Positions 1 through 13,344 of a stretch of 64,000 bases of DNA are shown piece by piece. The number at the start of each line of letters is the position of its first letter. Position 1 is the first letter of the stretch. The stretch is from Octopus vulgaris (lineage: Eukaryota): contig OX597823.1 of the NCBI GenBank assembly GCA_951406725.2, positions 116,250,001 through 116,314,000 of the forward strand, in the 5' to 3' direction. Position numbers and translations under genes: made by a program. Under the pieces are notes generated by a model that worked only from the letters and a program-made list of their open reading frames with translations, was not told where the DNA came from and did no database searches.

Positions 1-60
1 TGATCAGGAGGAGGAGGTTGGAGTTTACTGACAGTGATGAACATCAGACTACTAATTTTA

Positions 61-630
61 TTGGGTTGTCCGGAAAGTTTGTGCCGATGATAGTAGCTTA
101 CCTTTTGACTTATTTTAGAACATGGTTGAGTTCATAAAACAAGATTTGACTACACCTCCATTTAGAGCACAGTTTAAGCTATCTTTTCTTGGAAGAAGGT
201 TTATGTTCCTATAACCTGTGTTAATTCTGTAAGCCTTTAAAATGGAAGATAAGAAAGTTCATTTTTGACACTTGATGCTTTGCTTTGGGAACCAGACAAA
301 AATTGCTGCAGCTCGGCTGGGATGTGTTACCCCACCCTCCATATTCACCAGATATTGCTACTTCGGATTTCCACTTATTCAGGTCTCTGCAGAATAGTCT
401 TAATGGTAAAAATTTCAATTCCTTCAATTACGTAAAAAAATACCTTGATGAATTCTTTGCCATGAAACCACCTCAATTCTGGGAAGAGGGTATTTTCAAG
501 TTAAAGGAAAGATGGAGATGTATTCTGCAACAAAATGGTTTATATTTGGTTGATTAAAAATGTAATGACAAGTATTTATTGACCTTTTCCTTTCCTTTAA
601 AAATCGACGCAAGCTTTCCGGACAACCCAA
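61..630 (+). mobile_element. Internally deleted mariner element (570 bp)
   Basis: TA at 59-60 and 631-632. Left TIR ttgggttgtccggaaagtttgtgccgat matches right atcgacgcaagctttccggacaacccaa. The N-terminus MEDKKVHF*HLML (ATG at 242) is fused to the C-terminal LGWDVLPHPPYSPDIATSDFHLFRSLQN motif. Confidence 0.93.
242..557 (+). pseudogene. Mariner transposase remnant
   Basis: HPPYSPD..SDFHLF is the mariner third-Asp motif. There is an early stop, and the HTH and most of the catalytic domain are missing. Confidence 0.9.
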
Positions 631-1719
631 TAAAAAGGCTGACATGAGCAGGAAGAGAGTGGGATGAAGTTGGGCAGGTTGCAGGAATGAGTAGGGAAGA
701 GAGAGGCAGTTGCAGTGCATGAGGAGAGTGGGAGGTTGCATGAGGTTGTGAGGAGGAAAGTTAGTTGTTGACTCAGTGGGAGTGAGGTTGTGGTGGGGTC
801 AATGGAAGTGTGGGTGCTACTAAAATTGAGCAAATTCTCATTATCACATTGACTGTCTTTTTAAACTTTGATATTTACAACTGACAGAAAATGGTAATCT
901 GATTCCCCACATTAATAATATATCTCACTGGAAGTGTGTTGACAACTAATCTATTTTCTGCAGCTCAGAATATCCGCTTATAAAAGTCCATCTAGAGGTA
1001 ATTCCAAATATCTAAATGGATGTTGGCTATTATGTTGCAATATGTCCAACGACTAAACTATTCCACAGCCCCCCCTCACCCCCACCCCATTAATTTTTAT
1101 TATTCTCTTAATATTTATAATTACTGATGATGTTATTACTTGTAACATCTTAACTTGTTATCCTTAACATTGCTTCTGAAATTTCAAGATCACACAATTC
1201 TAATATCGTTAAGAGATTCTTAACGGTCTTTGCTATATTTTATTTAGGTATTTAAAAGCTATAATCCCAAATTATTGTTAATAAATTTTAAAATACATAA
1301 TGCCATTAGTACAAGCCTGGAATTGTTGGATAATGCAGTCTAAGAACTTGTCTTCTAATCACAATATTAAGTTTCTTTAACTGGTTAGATAAATAGTGAA
1401 TGGCCACATAGTATATAGTTTATGAATACTAGAAGAAAATAATGCCTATCAGACTGGCATCATATTGGTGTTTAGTTGCATTGAGCTTGTGCCAGATAAT
1501 TCTAACGTTGTAGCAACAGAGGAAATATTAGTGTTTGTATGTATATGTGTGTGTGTGTGTGTGATTGTGTAGTATAAAGTCCTAGTATAAGACTTACAAG
1601 TATTTCCAGAAGCAGTTTATGGCTTTCTGTTAACTAGGTGACATGGTTAGCTTCAAAGAAGGGTGTTTTAAATGTTAAATAGTGATAACTAGTGCTTGAA
1701 AAATCCCAACTACTCATCC

Positions 1720-1882
1720 TTGCCACTAAACCTTTTTCTATTTTCTCTCCCTGTTTATTTCTCTGTTCCTTTCTGTTGAAGAGCATAGGCTCGAAATGTA
1801 AAAGACTTTCTCACTTCCCGAGCATTAAACTAATACATCTGTTTGTTGTTTACACACCCATCTTCATCTTTTGCTTTTTGTA
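1720..1882 (+). mobile_element. Short Penelope-like/retrozyme-like element with hammerhead-like motif
   Basis: Inverted homologue at 3262-3535. Followed by a (TA)n/(GATA)n tract. Confidence 0.55.
1769..1804 (+). ncRNA. Variant type I hammerhead-like motif
   Basis: cttt CTGTTGA A GAGC atag GCTC GAAA tg TA aaag. Stems I and II pair, but core A6 is replaced by U. Confidence 0.45.
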
Positions 1883-2058
1883 AAATCTCTCTCTCTATAT
1901 ATATATATATAGATAGATAGATAGATAGATACACACACACACACATACACACTGTTATATTTGAGGATAGTTATTCCTTGTTTTTTGTCAATTAACCTCA
2001 TGCACTATACACTTGGTCTTCAATTCAGCCTTATCCTTATTCTTATTTTAGTATCCTT

Positions 2059-2102
2059 TGCCTGAAATCTTTTGTCACACATCCTGTGACCTCTTCAGTG
2101 AC
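2059..2102 (-). ncRNA. Decayed hammerhead motif (same family as 54716-54761)
   Basis: Minus strand reads CTGAAGA G GTCACA ggatg TGTGAC AAAA GATTTC. G12 is mutated to A. Confidence 0.45.
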
Positions 2103-2320
2103 TCTCCATCTCATGTGTCTCTTCTTGTTCTGTTTAGTCAATTCTTTCTGCATTCTGTTACCACAGGCTAAAATGAAACATTTGAGCTTAACATGATCCT
2201 ATACTCAAACGGTCATGACCCATCCAATGCATACCAGCATGGAAAGCAGACATAAAACGATGACAATGATGATGATGCATGTGGATATATATATATCCAC
2301 ATATGTATATCTCACATATG

Positions 2321-2726
2321 GGGAGCTGGTAGAAATGTTAGCACACTGGGCGAAATGCCTTGTGGTATTTCGTCTGCTGTTACATTCTGAGTTCAAATTC
2401 CGCTGAGGTCGACTTTGCCTTTCATCCTTTCTGGGTCGATTAAATAAGTACCAGTTACGCACTGAGGTCGATGTAATCGACTTAATCCATTTGTCTGTCC
2501 TTGTTTGTCCTCTCTGTGTTTAACTCCTTGTGGGTAGTAAAGAAATAGGTATTTCGTCTGCCGTTACTTTCTGAGTTTAAATTCCGCCGAGGTCGACTTT
2601 GCCTTTCATCCTTTTGGAGTCGATTAAATAAGTGCCAGTTAATCACTAGGGTTGATGTAATCGACTTAATCCCTTTGTCTGTCCTTGTTTGTCCTCTCTA
2701 TGTTTAGCCCTTTGTGGGCAATAAAG

Positions 2727-2730
<4 letters not shown>
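2321..2730 (+). mobile_element. SINE family A, dimer
   Basis: tRNA-like head (gagctggtagaa...gagttcaaattcc) and core gactttgcctttcatcctttcggggtcgat..taagtaccag. The body is repeated after aaagaaataggtatt. Confidence 0.88.
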
Positions 2731-2770
<40 letters not shown>

Positions 2771-3026
2771 ATTCAATTAGAGGTTAAATTGGCCTCATTA
2801 GGGGATAGTATCATCCAATGAATTGATGGCTTAATGCCTAATATTTGTTGTGAATAATAATATCCATAAAACAATAGATTTATATATAAAAACCATGGTT
2901 TATAATCATTCAGAAGAATGATTTTTGCAAATAATAAATTTATATTAAATGCTATATCTCCATTTTCTTACTTTCTTTATGTGTGTGTGTGTGTGTGTGT
3001 GCATGCGCGCATGTTTGTATATGTTG

Positions 3027-3166
3027 GTTAGTCTCTTGCTGCACTGAGTTTTGCCTGCAGGTGCATAGGGTCTTCATGCAAGTTTCGACATAACTTATCT
3101 GAGTTATAACTTGCCCGAAGATCTTATGCAACCCACTGGCAAAACACAGAATAACAAGAGACTGAC
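3027..3166 (+). other. 140-nt imperfect palindrome (MITE relic or structured RNA)
   Basis: Nested arms: gttagtctcttg/caagagactgac, gttttgcc/ggcaaaac, tgcatagggtcttc/gaagatcttatgca, gcaagtt/aacttgc, ataact/agttat. Confidence 0.8.
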
Positions 3167-3261
3167 TTGATCAAAATAAACTAAATTACTAATCTCATCT
3201 ATGGCACTGAGCACTCATTTTTGTCCAACGGTCAATACCAAATAGATATATATTATATATA

Positions 3262-3535
3262 TATGGGGAGAATTTACAAAAACACCAAAGATGAAAACAG
3301 GTGGTGTAGACAACAAACAGTTGTATTAGTGTAATGCTCAGGAAGTGAAAAAGTCTTTAACGTTTCGAGCCTACGCTCTTCCACAGAAAGGAACACAGAA
3401 AGAAACAAGGAGAGAAAATAAAAAATGTGTAGTGGCTAGCGATCTATCATGGTGAACGCTGGACAGAAGGGTCACACAGGAGAGCTAGGGAGAGGGAAAG
3501 GTGACAAAGTGGTGGTGATCCCAGCAACAGAGGCA
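3262..3535 (-). mobile_element. Second copy of the 1720-1882 element; hammerhead-like motif at 3355-3390
   Basis: Minus strand reads cttt CTGTGGA A GAGC gtag GCTC GAAA cg TT aaag. Flanked by TA tracts on both sides. Confidence 0.55.
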
Positions 3536-3664
3536 GTATATATACTGAGAGGTAATATTTATTCCCACTTAAACGTGGTTGTTCTATAAGAACAAACTAT
3601 ACTGTGGTAGATACCATGAGAGATACTCTCATATTGGCTTTTGGTCTAAAATGTTTATGTCACT

Positions 3665-3975
3665 TGTAGGGGTTCTGGGTTCAGTCCCACTGTGTGACAC
3701 CTTGAGCAAGTGTCTTCTACTATAGCCTCGGGCTGACCAAAGCCTTGTGGGTGGATTTGGTAGGCAGAAACTGAAAGAAGCGTCCCCCCAACATTGCTTG
3801 ACAACTGATGCTGGTGTGTTTACATCTCCGTAACTTAGCTGTTCAGCAAAAGACACCGATAGAATAAGTACTAGGTTTACAAAGAATAAGTTCTGGGGTC
3901 GATTTGCTTGACTAAAAGGTGGTGCTCCAGCATGGCCACAGTCAAATGACTGAAACGAGTAATAGAGTAAAGAGA
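3665..3975 (+). mobile_element. SINE family B, 5'-truncated, no internal microsatellite
   Basis: gggttcagtcccactg..accttgagcaagtgtcttctactatagcc ... cagtcaaatgactgaaac. Confidence 0.85.
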
Positions 3976-5063
3976 GATAAATCCATGCTACCTACTATTT
4001 TGAGACCACTGGGTCGTGGTCATCTCAGTGATGGACAGTTGACCATTAGAGATAGCAGAGATTAATCTCACCACCAGCAATATATAGAATAACAGCTCCA
4101 AAGCAGGCGTTGGTGTCACAATCAGCCAGTGAATTTAATGTGGCACCAGCAGCAGTTCATTCTACATGGTAGCAGCAGGAGTGCTTTTCATGTGGTACCA
4201 TAACCAGTGCTTTATATGTGGCAACAGCACTGACAGGATCACCAAGCAAATTGCAAGACAAAACCTCTTTAGGTGAAATGGGGGTGGAGAGCATTGTACC
4301 TGCCATAAATTTTAAAGGAACTAAAACCATACACCACATGTGGAAAAAGAGCTGTGTATATTCACAGGAATGCATGTGGTAGTGGTTGGTAGTGGAAGAA
4401 GAGAGTAGTGAGTGTCTGGTAGACAGCGTATCTTCCGTATCTTCAGTAGCGTATGATGGTGGAGGGGAGGGGCAGGTGTAGACAGTTCAAGACCATCAAA
4501 GATGATCAACAAATCATTGGATTACAGCTGAAATCAGTTTATTTCTGACTAAAATTGATGGCACATATCTAATATAAACAATTGATATCAATGCACACAT
4601 GCTGGTTACTGCAGCTGCACCTCTCTCCTTCTTCAGCACCTCCTCCTCCCCCTCCTCCTCTTCCATTCTCTATGACAGCTACAAACACAAACAAAAACAT
4701 AGAGATAAATATCAAGCAGACAAAATCAACTACTACTACTACTAATACTAATACTACTACTGCTATGCAATAGCAACAGCAGCCAATCTGATACTACACC
4801 TTACAACAAAACCTGTTTGTTATCATATAATTAGATTTTTCACTTCAAATTCTTTTTAATTTGCTCAAAATTGAAAATTAGGCATTTGTATTTATTTATT
4901 TGTTTATGAACATCATATTACCACTACCAGCAGCATCCACCCTCTCATCATCACTACGATCACAATGCCGATCTTCCTCCTCCTCCTCCCCATTGTCATC
5001 ATCATCATCATCATCATTCCACTCCTTGTGTTTCTTATTTATGTTATTTCAGCTTCTTTATGT

Positions 5064-5071
5064 TATTATTA

Positions 5072-5117
<46 letters not shown>

Positions 5118-5140
5118 CATTATTATTACTATTATTATTT
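5064..5140. repeat. (ATT)n microsatellite
   Basis: Read directly from sequence. Confidence 0.95.
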
Positions 5141-5607
5141 TGTTTCTTTTCTTTTTTTGTTGTTGTTTTTGTTTCAGTTCTGCCATTTACACAGTGACTA
5201 GATATGAGTTTAAGCAGTGATAATTTCACATATTTTTTTTTGTTTGTTTTTGTCTTTTTTTTTTCTTGCATGCTTCGTATTTTTACATTTAAATTCAAAA
5301 TGTGATTTTCCAAGTTTTCTCAGGAATGTCAATCACTTCTGACAGATTTTCAATTGAAAATTAGTATGTGAACATTGTAAAAGTTCCGTTGTATTTTTGG
5401 TGTGCTGTCTATTTCCTATTGGTTGAACAGTTTGACAGAACGGAGTATGCTGGATAATATGGCATGGCATATTGAGATAGATGATTCTGTTTGTTTTATG
5501 GGATAGGAAGCCGGGGTGAGGAAGTGGGTGGGATGCTCTTTGTTTATACACACTTTACTCTACACACATTTATATTCAACTCATAATCTCTGTATGTACA
5601 TAAATAC

Positions 5608-5649
<42 letters not shown>

Positions 5650-5699
5650 ACAACATTTGTGAAAAAACAGATGCAGATGTATATATGAGTCTGTGAGTA

Positions 5700-5754
<55 letters not shown>

Positions 5755-5930
5755 GTGTGTTTGTATGTGTATATATATATATATATACATTCTTTTATGA
5801 ACAGACACAGACATGTATGTTTCTGTATATAGCCACACATTCACACACACACACATACATACATACATACATACATACATACATACATACATACATACAT
5901 GCATTATTACATACATACATTCATACATGT
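5608..5930. repeat. Compound (TA)n/(TG)n/(CA)n/(TACA)n microsatellite
   Basis: Read directly from sequence. Confidence 0.95.
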
Positions 5931-6498
5931 ACCCTCATACATTCACACATAAGCAAATAGTGAAGCATGGCTTCATACATTTGCATGTAAACACTGACTG
6001 ATTTACAAATATACACTCACATACACTACTGCACACAAATCAAGGAGAAATCTACAAATGCAGATGAGAGAAAATGTATAGAAGTAACCACTGGAAAGTT
6101 ACGTGCAAAGAATGCTGCCATAACCAATAAGTCCTGTATATACTGATGATGTACCATTTTTGATATATTTTCTCAGTGAGTAAACATTCGGTAAATGGGA
6201 ATGAGATTTTATCGATATATACAAATGCCAGAATATGTAACAGCGAATAAAATTAGTGGGTAACAATTTAGGTAAAACAAGATCGTAGATCAACAGAATC
6301 AGAAGAGTAGTGGTATTTGGCTATGGTTCTTTGTGCTCTGAGTTCAAACCCTGTTAAGGAATTGTCAAGGTTCCTGAGACTCGTATCAGGTAGGGAGAAG
6401 ATTATCTACCGCTTTGAAACCTTGCCCAAATGCTTGCAACAAGTTGGATTCAGTCAAAGGCTCCCACGAACAAGACAGTGATGATATTTAATGTAACG

Positions 6499-7100
6499 AA
6501 GGCAGCGAGCTGGCAGAACCGTTACCTTGCTGGGCGAAATGCGTAGCTGTATTTCATCTGCCGTTACGTTCGGAGTTCAAATTCCACCGAGGTTGACTTT
6601 GCCTTTCATCCTTTCGGGGTCAATAAATTAAGTACCAGTTATGCACTGGAGTCGATGTAGTCAACTTAATCCATTTGTCTGTCCTTGTTTGTCCTCTCTG
6701 TGTTTAGCCTCTTGTGAGTAGTAAAGAAATAGGTATTTCGTCTGCCATTTCATTCTGGGTTCAAATTCCGCCGAGGTTGACTTTGCCTTTCATCCTTTCG
6801 GGGTCGATTAAATAAGTACCAGTTACAGACTGGGGTCAATGTAATTGACTTAATCTGTTTGTCTGTCCTTGTTTGTCCCCTCTGTGTTTAGCCCCTTGTG
6901 GGTAGTAAAGAAATAGGTATATCGTCTGCCGCTGCGTTCTGAATTTAAATTCTGCCGAGGTCGACTTTGCCTTTCATCCTTTCGGGGTCAATAAATTAAG
7001 TACCAGTTATGCACTGGTGTCGATGTAATCAACTTAATCCGTTTGTCTGTCCTTGTTTGTTGCCTCTGATTTTAGCCCCTTGTGGGTAGTAAAGAAATAG
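6499..7100 (+). mobile_element. SINE family A, trimer
   Basis: One head plus three bodies inside a single TSD: gatatttaatgtaac (6483) and gatattaaatgtaac (7101). Confidence 0.9.
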
Positions 7101-7432
7101 ATATTAAATGTAACAATCATTGAAGAACACTCGCATTCTCACAATAGGCTTCCACACAGTTTCCATCTATCCCAAGGCTATAATAGAAATGACTTCCCTA
7201 AAGTGCCGCTCAATGAGAATGAACTCAAAACTTCACAGTTGCCAAGCAAATTTCTTAATACAAGCCATACCTGCACTATAAACTTCTTAACCCCAAAGCC
7301 ACCCAGCCACCCAGCCACACAGCCATGCCTGCAATTCATAAAGTGCTCCCTCACATGATTCCTGCAGCTACTTATCTCAGACTATTCCTTGTTAATTACA
7401 ATTCACTTGTGGCATTCTTCTATGTCTGAAAA

Positions 7433-7573
7433 CCCTTTAAGCATTCAAATTTCATTTTTAAATGTATTCACATTGTTTTGAATTAATCATGCATTACCTT
7501 GTTGGGTAGGTGTGAGAGGTTGGATCTGGTCAGAATATTTGAGCCGAATATAGCTGGATTAATTGTTAAAGGG
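7433..7573. mobile_element. Deleted piggyBac-like MITE (family of 27970 and 62337)
   Basis: cccttt...aaaggg ends and shared internal ttttgaattaatcatgcatta and gtgtgagagg..gatctgg. Confidence 0.6.
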
Positions 7574-8071
7574 ATTATGTCTATTTGTTCACCATTTGGT
7601 AAACTAACTTGGATACTGGTGTAAGTTTAATACTCATTACTGATTCTCTGTTGTGAGCCCAGTATGGAAGATGAAACCTCTGTCTTCCAAAAGTATATTT
7701 TCAAGACACAAGGTTATTTAAACATGAATACTTCAGTATATGAAGATTTTAGTTTCCATGGCATGTCTGGAATTAGAATAATCTTGATGTGTGTGATGCT
7801 AGGGGGAGCATTTAAGTATTCCTAATATCACTCTCTCCTGTTGCTACACATATATAAGAGTAAATAAGGATTTTCGTTTTTATAAATTGTTTTCCTATTC
7901 ATGCATGAATTTTATTGGTTTTTTCCCACACTGGTCAGTATAAGTTGATGCTTAAGTTGATAACTGTGGAGCAAAACCAAAAAAAAAAAAGGGATAGAGA
8001 TGGAATTTTAGTGGGTGGCAGAAATTCATTGAAGAAGGATTAGCTAATGTTTTCTCAATTTCCTGTAATTT

Positions 8072-8285
8072 AAAGGCGGCGAGCTGGCAGAAACATTAGC
8101 ACACTGGGCAAAATGTTTAGCAGTATTTTGTCTGTCTTTACATTCTGAGTTCAAATTCTGCCAAGGTTGACTTTGCCTTTCATCCCTTTGGGGTCAATAA
8201 ATCAAGTACCAGTCGCTTACTGGGGTCAGTCTAATTGACTGGCCCCATCCCCCAAAATTTCAGACCTTGTGCCTAGAGCAGAAAA
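8072..8285 (+). mobile_element. SINE family A, short-tail variant
   Basis: Full head aaggcggcgagctggcagaa. TSD aatttcctgtaattta on both sides. Confidence 0.9.
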
Positions 8286-8999
8286 ATTTCCTGTAATTTA
8301 GATCAACAGACAAAATCGAAAAGTCAGAGATTTTTAGAGTGATTTAGCATAATATGACATTGTGGATATGAAGGCAAAATATCCAGTGGAGCATCCAGTT
8401 GATTAGGGATGAAGTCACAGGAAGCAGAGAATGTTGTAGTTGTGGTAGAATTGATAGGGAAAAGACAGAAAATCTCTGAATCAGTGGTTATATTGTAATG
8501 GTGGGTGACTCTTTGATCATCCAGTAATATTTGATATTATTGCTGTGATAGACCTGATATAGAATAACCTCATTTTGTTCTATTAATTCTTGTTTTTTTT
8601 TTTAGGATATCTTATTTATTTCCAATTTCTGTGAAATCATTTTAGAACATACAAGCAGATTTTAACTGTTGTGACAGTTATAAAATCTGTCAGTTTTGTT
8701 TTATTACTTAAAAACTTGATAGAAGAGCTCAGCTTCAGTAATTTGCAAACTGAGAAAATTAGGATGTGAAGCATCTCAGTAGTCGTACTAGCTTTGGTTT
8801 TCATTTCAGATTGAATAAAGAATGTACCATTCCTGAGCTGTACCCTTCCAGTAAATATATAGTGGGGGACACTTTGATCCTATAGTACTGGTGATCTGAT
8901 AAAATGTTATCAGACCAAGGAGTAGAGAGATTGTCTATAGAAAGGGCATCTGGCTGTAATTATGTTACTTGTGGCAGTATTAGAAATCAATATTATTAT

Positions 9000-9450
9000 A
9001 AGGCATCAATCTAGCAGAATCATTGCCAGGTGAAATGCTTAGCGATATTTCATCCATTGCAGCAAACTGGCAGAACCGTTAGCACACCTGGTGAAATGCG
9101 TAGCCGTATTTTGTTTGCCGTTACATTCTGAGTTCAAATTCCGCCGAGGTCGACTTTGCCTCTCATCCTTTCGGGGCCGATAAATTAAGTACCAGTTACG
9201 CACTGGGGTCAATCTAATTGACTTAATCTATTTGTCTGTCCTTGTTTGTCCCCTCTATGTTTAGCCCCTTGTGGGCAATAAAGAAATAGGTATTTTGTCC
9301 ATTGCTATGTTCCGAGTTCAAATTCCGCTGAAGTTGACTTTGCCTTCCTTTCAGGTTCGATAAAATAAGTACCAGTTACACACTGGGGTCGATGTAATTG
9401 ACTCATCCCCCCCCCCAAACTGCTGCCCTTGTGGTAAAATTTGAAATCCT
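9000..9450 (+). mobile_element. SINE A inserted inside an older SINE A
   Basis: Old head, then gatatttcatccattgc, a complete copy, ggtattttgtccattgc, then the old body. Confidence 0.8.
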
Positions 9451-10334
9451 TATTATTTGAGACATAAAAAAATATCACTACAACTACTACTACTACTACT
9501 ACCATCACCATGATTACTTATTTAGCTTAGATGCCTGGCCTACTTTTAAGAGAATCATCAGAATGCATGCGTAAACACCACTACTGTGTATTCCATCAAA
9601 CCTCTTCAGACGAGAACCTTCCATTGATTTTTCAGCATTCTACATTATGATCTGCAGTCTAGAATATTTAACACCAAAACAGGAAGAAGTGATTAACTTT
9701 TGATTAGAAGTGAAAACAGTTCTGTTGATTTTGAAGATCTAATTTACATTGCATTTCTTTCATGTTATATTTTTTATGTGTTGGTTTAGGAAGCTAAGAT
9801 TATATAAAGCCACTCTTTAACCCTTCTTTCTTAACAAATCCAATCCAAGAAACTCTGATATGCAACCAATTATATTTGTAGTGCACACATTCAGTGAGGA
9901 AGAGGTTAAAAATATTGCTGGCAATTTCTATGAAGCACTAACAAGTTTTATGATCTGCATTACAATATTGATAAACTTGCCATGTTTACCTCATCAAATA
10001 TTGAGAAAGTCTTGTTTCAATGTTATTTGCTCGGTCTTGGCTAAAAACTGCAATAAAATTTAATGAACAGGAAACAAGTGTTTTATTTAAAGAAGAAGAA
10101 CGGATAAATCAATGTTCATTTGTTTTATATAAAGTCCAGTTTGCTTTTAATTTTTTTAGAGTTTAAAAAGCTGAGTTTATTTGTAAAGTGCTTCGTTCAC
10201 ATTGAACGGGGGAAATGATGAAAGGAGGAGGGAAAAAAATGCATTCATTAATTGAATTCTTTCATTGTCTCTCTCTTTCTTTCTCTCTCTCCCCCTAAGT
10301 TTTTATGTATACACACACACACACACACACATAC

Positions 10335-10384
<50 letters not shown>

Positions 10385-10711
10385 GTGTGGGTATATATGA
10401 CTGTGTGTCAATATGTATGTAGAATAAGAAGATTATTTAATTTAAGTGTTTTGTCTTTGATTCACCCTTTTTTGGACATAAATAAAATAGACATATGTTA
10501 TTTTCCAGTTAAGCAGTCTATAATTTAATTGAATAACACGCTTCTAATGAAATGAAGGAAAAATAAAAAGAGCAAAGATTAAATAACTTGAAATATTTAA
10601 TATTTTCCTGTGTAAAAGATTTGTTTTCTGTCTGTGTTGACAATTTCCTTTCTTCTTTAATCAGATGATCATGAAAGTGTTGTTCTCAATATGATTATTA
10701 TTACTACACCA

Positions 10712-10764
<53 letters not shown>

Positions 10765-11050
10765 TATAATGATAATAAAAATAGAAATAATATTAATCAC
10801 GATAATAAAATTATGTTTCTTCGCTATATTTTCTTATATTTTCTCCTCTAGCCATATGAATTCTGTCTCAATGTCATTGGTTACACAATATATTTCAGAT
10901 GGCACTGCAGACTTTCTTTTCTAAGCGAGTAATGAGTTTAAGAGAATTTAAATATATCAAAAAATAAGCAAACCAAAATGAAATGCTTTTCTTCATATGT
11001 TAAATAACAAAGTAACAACAACAACAACAACAACAACAACAATAATAATG

Positions 11051-11084
<34 letters not shown>

Positions 11085-11086
<2 letters not shown>

Positions 11087-11300
11087 TTGGTTTCAAATTT
11101 TGGCACAAGATCTGCAGTTTCAGGAGAGGGGCTAAGTTAGTTACATCAACCCCAGTGCTGAACTGGTACTTATTTTATTGACCCTGAAAGAATGAAAGGC
11201 AAAGTCGACCTCAGCAGAGTTTGAACTCAGAATGTAAAGTTGGACAAAATGCCACTAAGAATTTTGCCTGGCTTGCTAACCATTCAGCCATCTTGCCACT
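11085..11300 (-). mobile_element. SINE family A, short variant, within (AAT)n
   Basis: Reverse complement of the core: ctggtacttattttattgaccctgaaagaatgaaaggcaaagtcgacc. Confidence 0.85.
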
Positions 11301-11301
11301 T

Positions 11302-11332
<31 letters not shown>

Positions 11333-11923
11333 GATTTCTCATTGAGGCACAAGGCCAACTATTTTGAGGGGAGGAAATTGGTTGATACCATGAACCACAA
11401 TATTTGACTGATGCTTTATTTTATCAACCCTGGTGGAATGGAAGTGGAAGTGCATAGCTTAGTGGTTAGGGTGATGATCACAACATTGATCACAACATGA
11501 TCACAACATTGTGGTTTCAATCCCTGGATCAGGTGATGTATTATATTTTTGAGCAAAACACTTTATTTCATGTTGCCCCAGTCTACTCAGCCGGTAAAAA
11601 TGAGTAGGAGAATACATACACCACAGAATCTGGGAAACTGGCTTTGTGAGACTCTGGCTTGGAAAGGACATTGGATCCTTGTATAATTATTTTAAATTTT
11701 TGGTGGGATGAAAGGCAAAGCTGATTTATGTTGGGAGGAAAGGCAAAGCAGAATCTAAAACCAGAATCTAAAAACCAGAAGGCATTTTTTCAAGCTGTGT
11801 TAATGATTCTGTCAGGTCATTTGCTCTCACATGTATTCCACAAGTGTAGAAATATATCAGTAATCTGCAGGTAAGAATATGAAAAATTTAAAGCATATAG
11901 AGTAAAGTTGATAATTCGTTTAA

Positions 11924-12144
11924 CCCTTTCATTACCATATTTATTTTGAGATGTTCTGTGTTTCCTTCAATTATTTTAGATATAACAAACAATTTAGTAA
12001 AATAACTTTGTTATCATTAAGCTAGTGTTAGGAACATAAATTGTGACTAAGGTTTGGTGGAAGATTTTAATTCAAAATTTATAATAACAAGACATTTGTA
12101 CTACAGAGCCAGAGCCAGTTTCAGCCGGGTTGGTAACGAAAGGG
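11924..12144. mobile_element. piggyBac-like MITE (221 bp)
   Basis: TTAA at 11920-11923 and 12145-12148. TIR ccctttcattacca / tggtaacgaaaggg. Confidence 0.85.
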
Positions 12145-12200
12145 TTAAATACTAATAAGACTTTCAAATTACTCACTCTATGGTATTGTCTCTGTAATAG

Positions 12201-12437
12201 GGCAGCGAGCTGGCAGAAACGTTAGTACGCTGGGCGAAATGCGTAGCAGTATTTCGTCTGCCACTACGTTCTGAGTTCAAATTCCGCCAAGGTCGACTTT
12301 GCCTTTAATCCTTTCGGGGTCGATTAAATAAGTACCAGTTACGCACTGTGGTCAATATAATCGACTTAATACCTATGTCTGTCCTTGTTTGTTCCCTCTA
12401 TGTTTAGCCCCTTGTGGGTAATAAAGAAATAGGTATT
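12201..12437 (+). mobile_element. SINE family A monomer
   Basis: Head, core and tail present. TSD begins ggtattgtc. Confidence 0.9.
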
Positions 12438-13000
12438 GTCCCTGCAGAGATATGAAAAGTAAAGTTGAACTCTGAACTAAACATTTAGTTCTGTGTTTTA
12501 CAACTTTTAGTAACTCTTGATAAGTCAAAAAGGTATCGAGATAGTAATGGTAGTGAGGTAGTCATATAATATCAAGGTGAGGTAATCATGTGATATCAAT
12601 AATACTGAAATAGTCAATACCATGGTGAAATACTTATATCATATCAGTTACAACTTTAATTTTATTATCACTGTTGTTATGACAGGTGGCAATAAAAGTG
12701 TAAAAAGCTGTAATTGTTGAAATAATAATATCAGTTAATAAAGTAATTATACAACAGGTAGAATAATATTTATATCAGTAAATTAAATTATATATAATAT
12801 GGCAGTTGTAGAATTTCAAATAACACCTTCTCTCTGAAAAAGATTGAAGTGATAAATTACAGGTATTATGTAAAGTGATGGATTTTTATCAGTTTTAATG
12901 ATGACTATTCAGTTATTTGATCGACTGAACTGTATCTACTAATTGAATAAACATGAAAGTGACTGAGTATTCCACAGACTTTTGTACCCATAATGTGTAA

Positions 13001-13344
13001 TGACACCCCCTTCAGTCACGACACAGACCATGGGATTGCACCTAGAAAATTACCCTCCCAGGCACAAGTCTGGGCAAGGTTGTTTTTTATGGAAGACCAG
13101 CAGTCGCCCATGCATACTGGCCTCCCCTCTCCACACCACCAGTGTTATCCAAAGGAAAGGCAAAGGGGCCGATACAGCTTGGCACCTGTGACATCGCAAC
13201 TCATTTCTACAGCTGAGTGAACTGGAGTAACGTGAAATAAAGTGTCTTGCTCAAGAACACAACACACAGCCTGGTCCAGGATTCGAGCTCACAACCTCAC
13301 GATCATGAGCTCGACACTCTAACCACTGAGCCATGCACCTTCAT
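13001..13344 (-). mobile_element. tRNA-derived SINE family E
   Basis: Minus-strand head gaaggtgcatggctcagtggttagagtg...ctcgaatcc, then ttcttgagcaagacact. TSD ataatgtgta. Homologue at 28812. Confidence 0.85.

Noticed and set aside
4376-4486. Minus frame with PPSY motif (PSPPPSYATEDTEDTL)
   Set aside because: In-frame stop immediately upstream and no acceptor.
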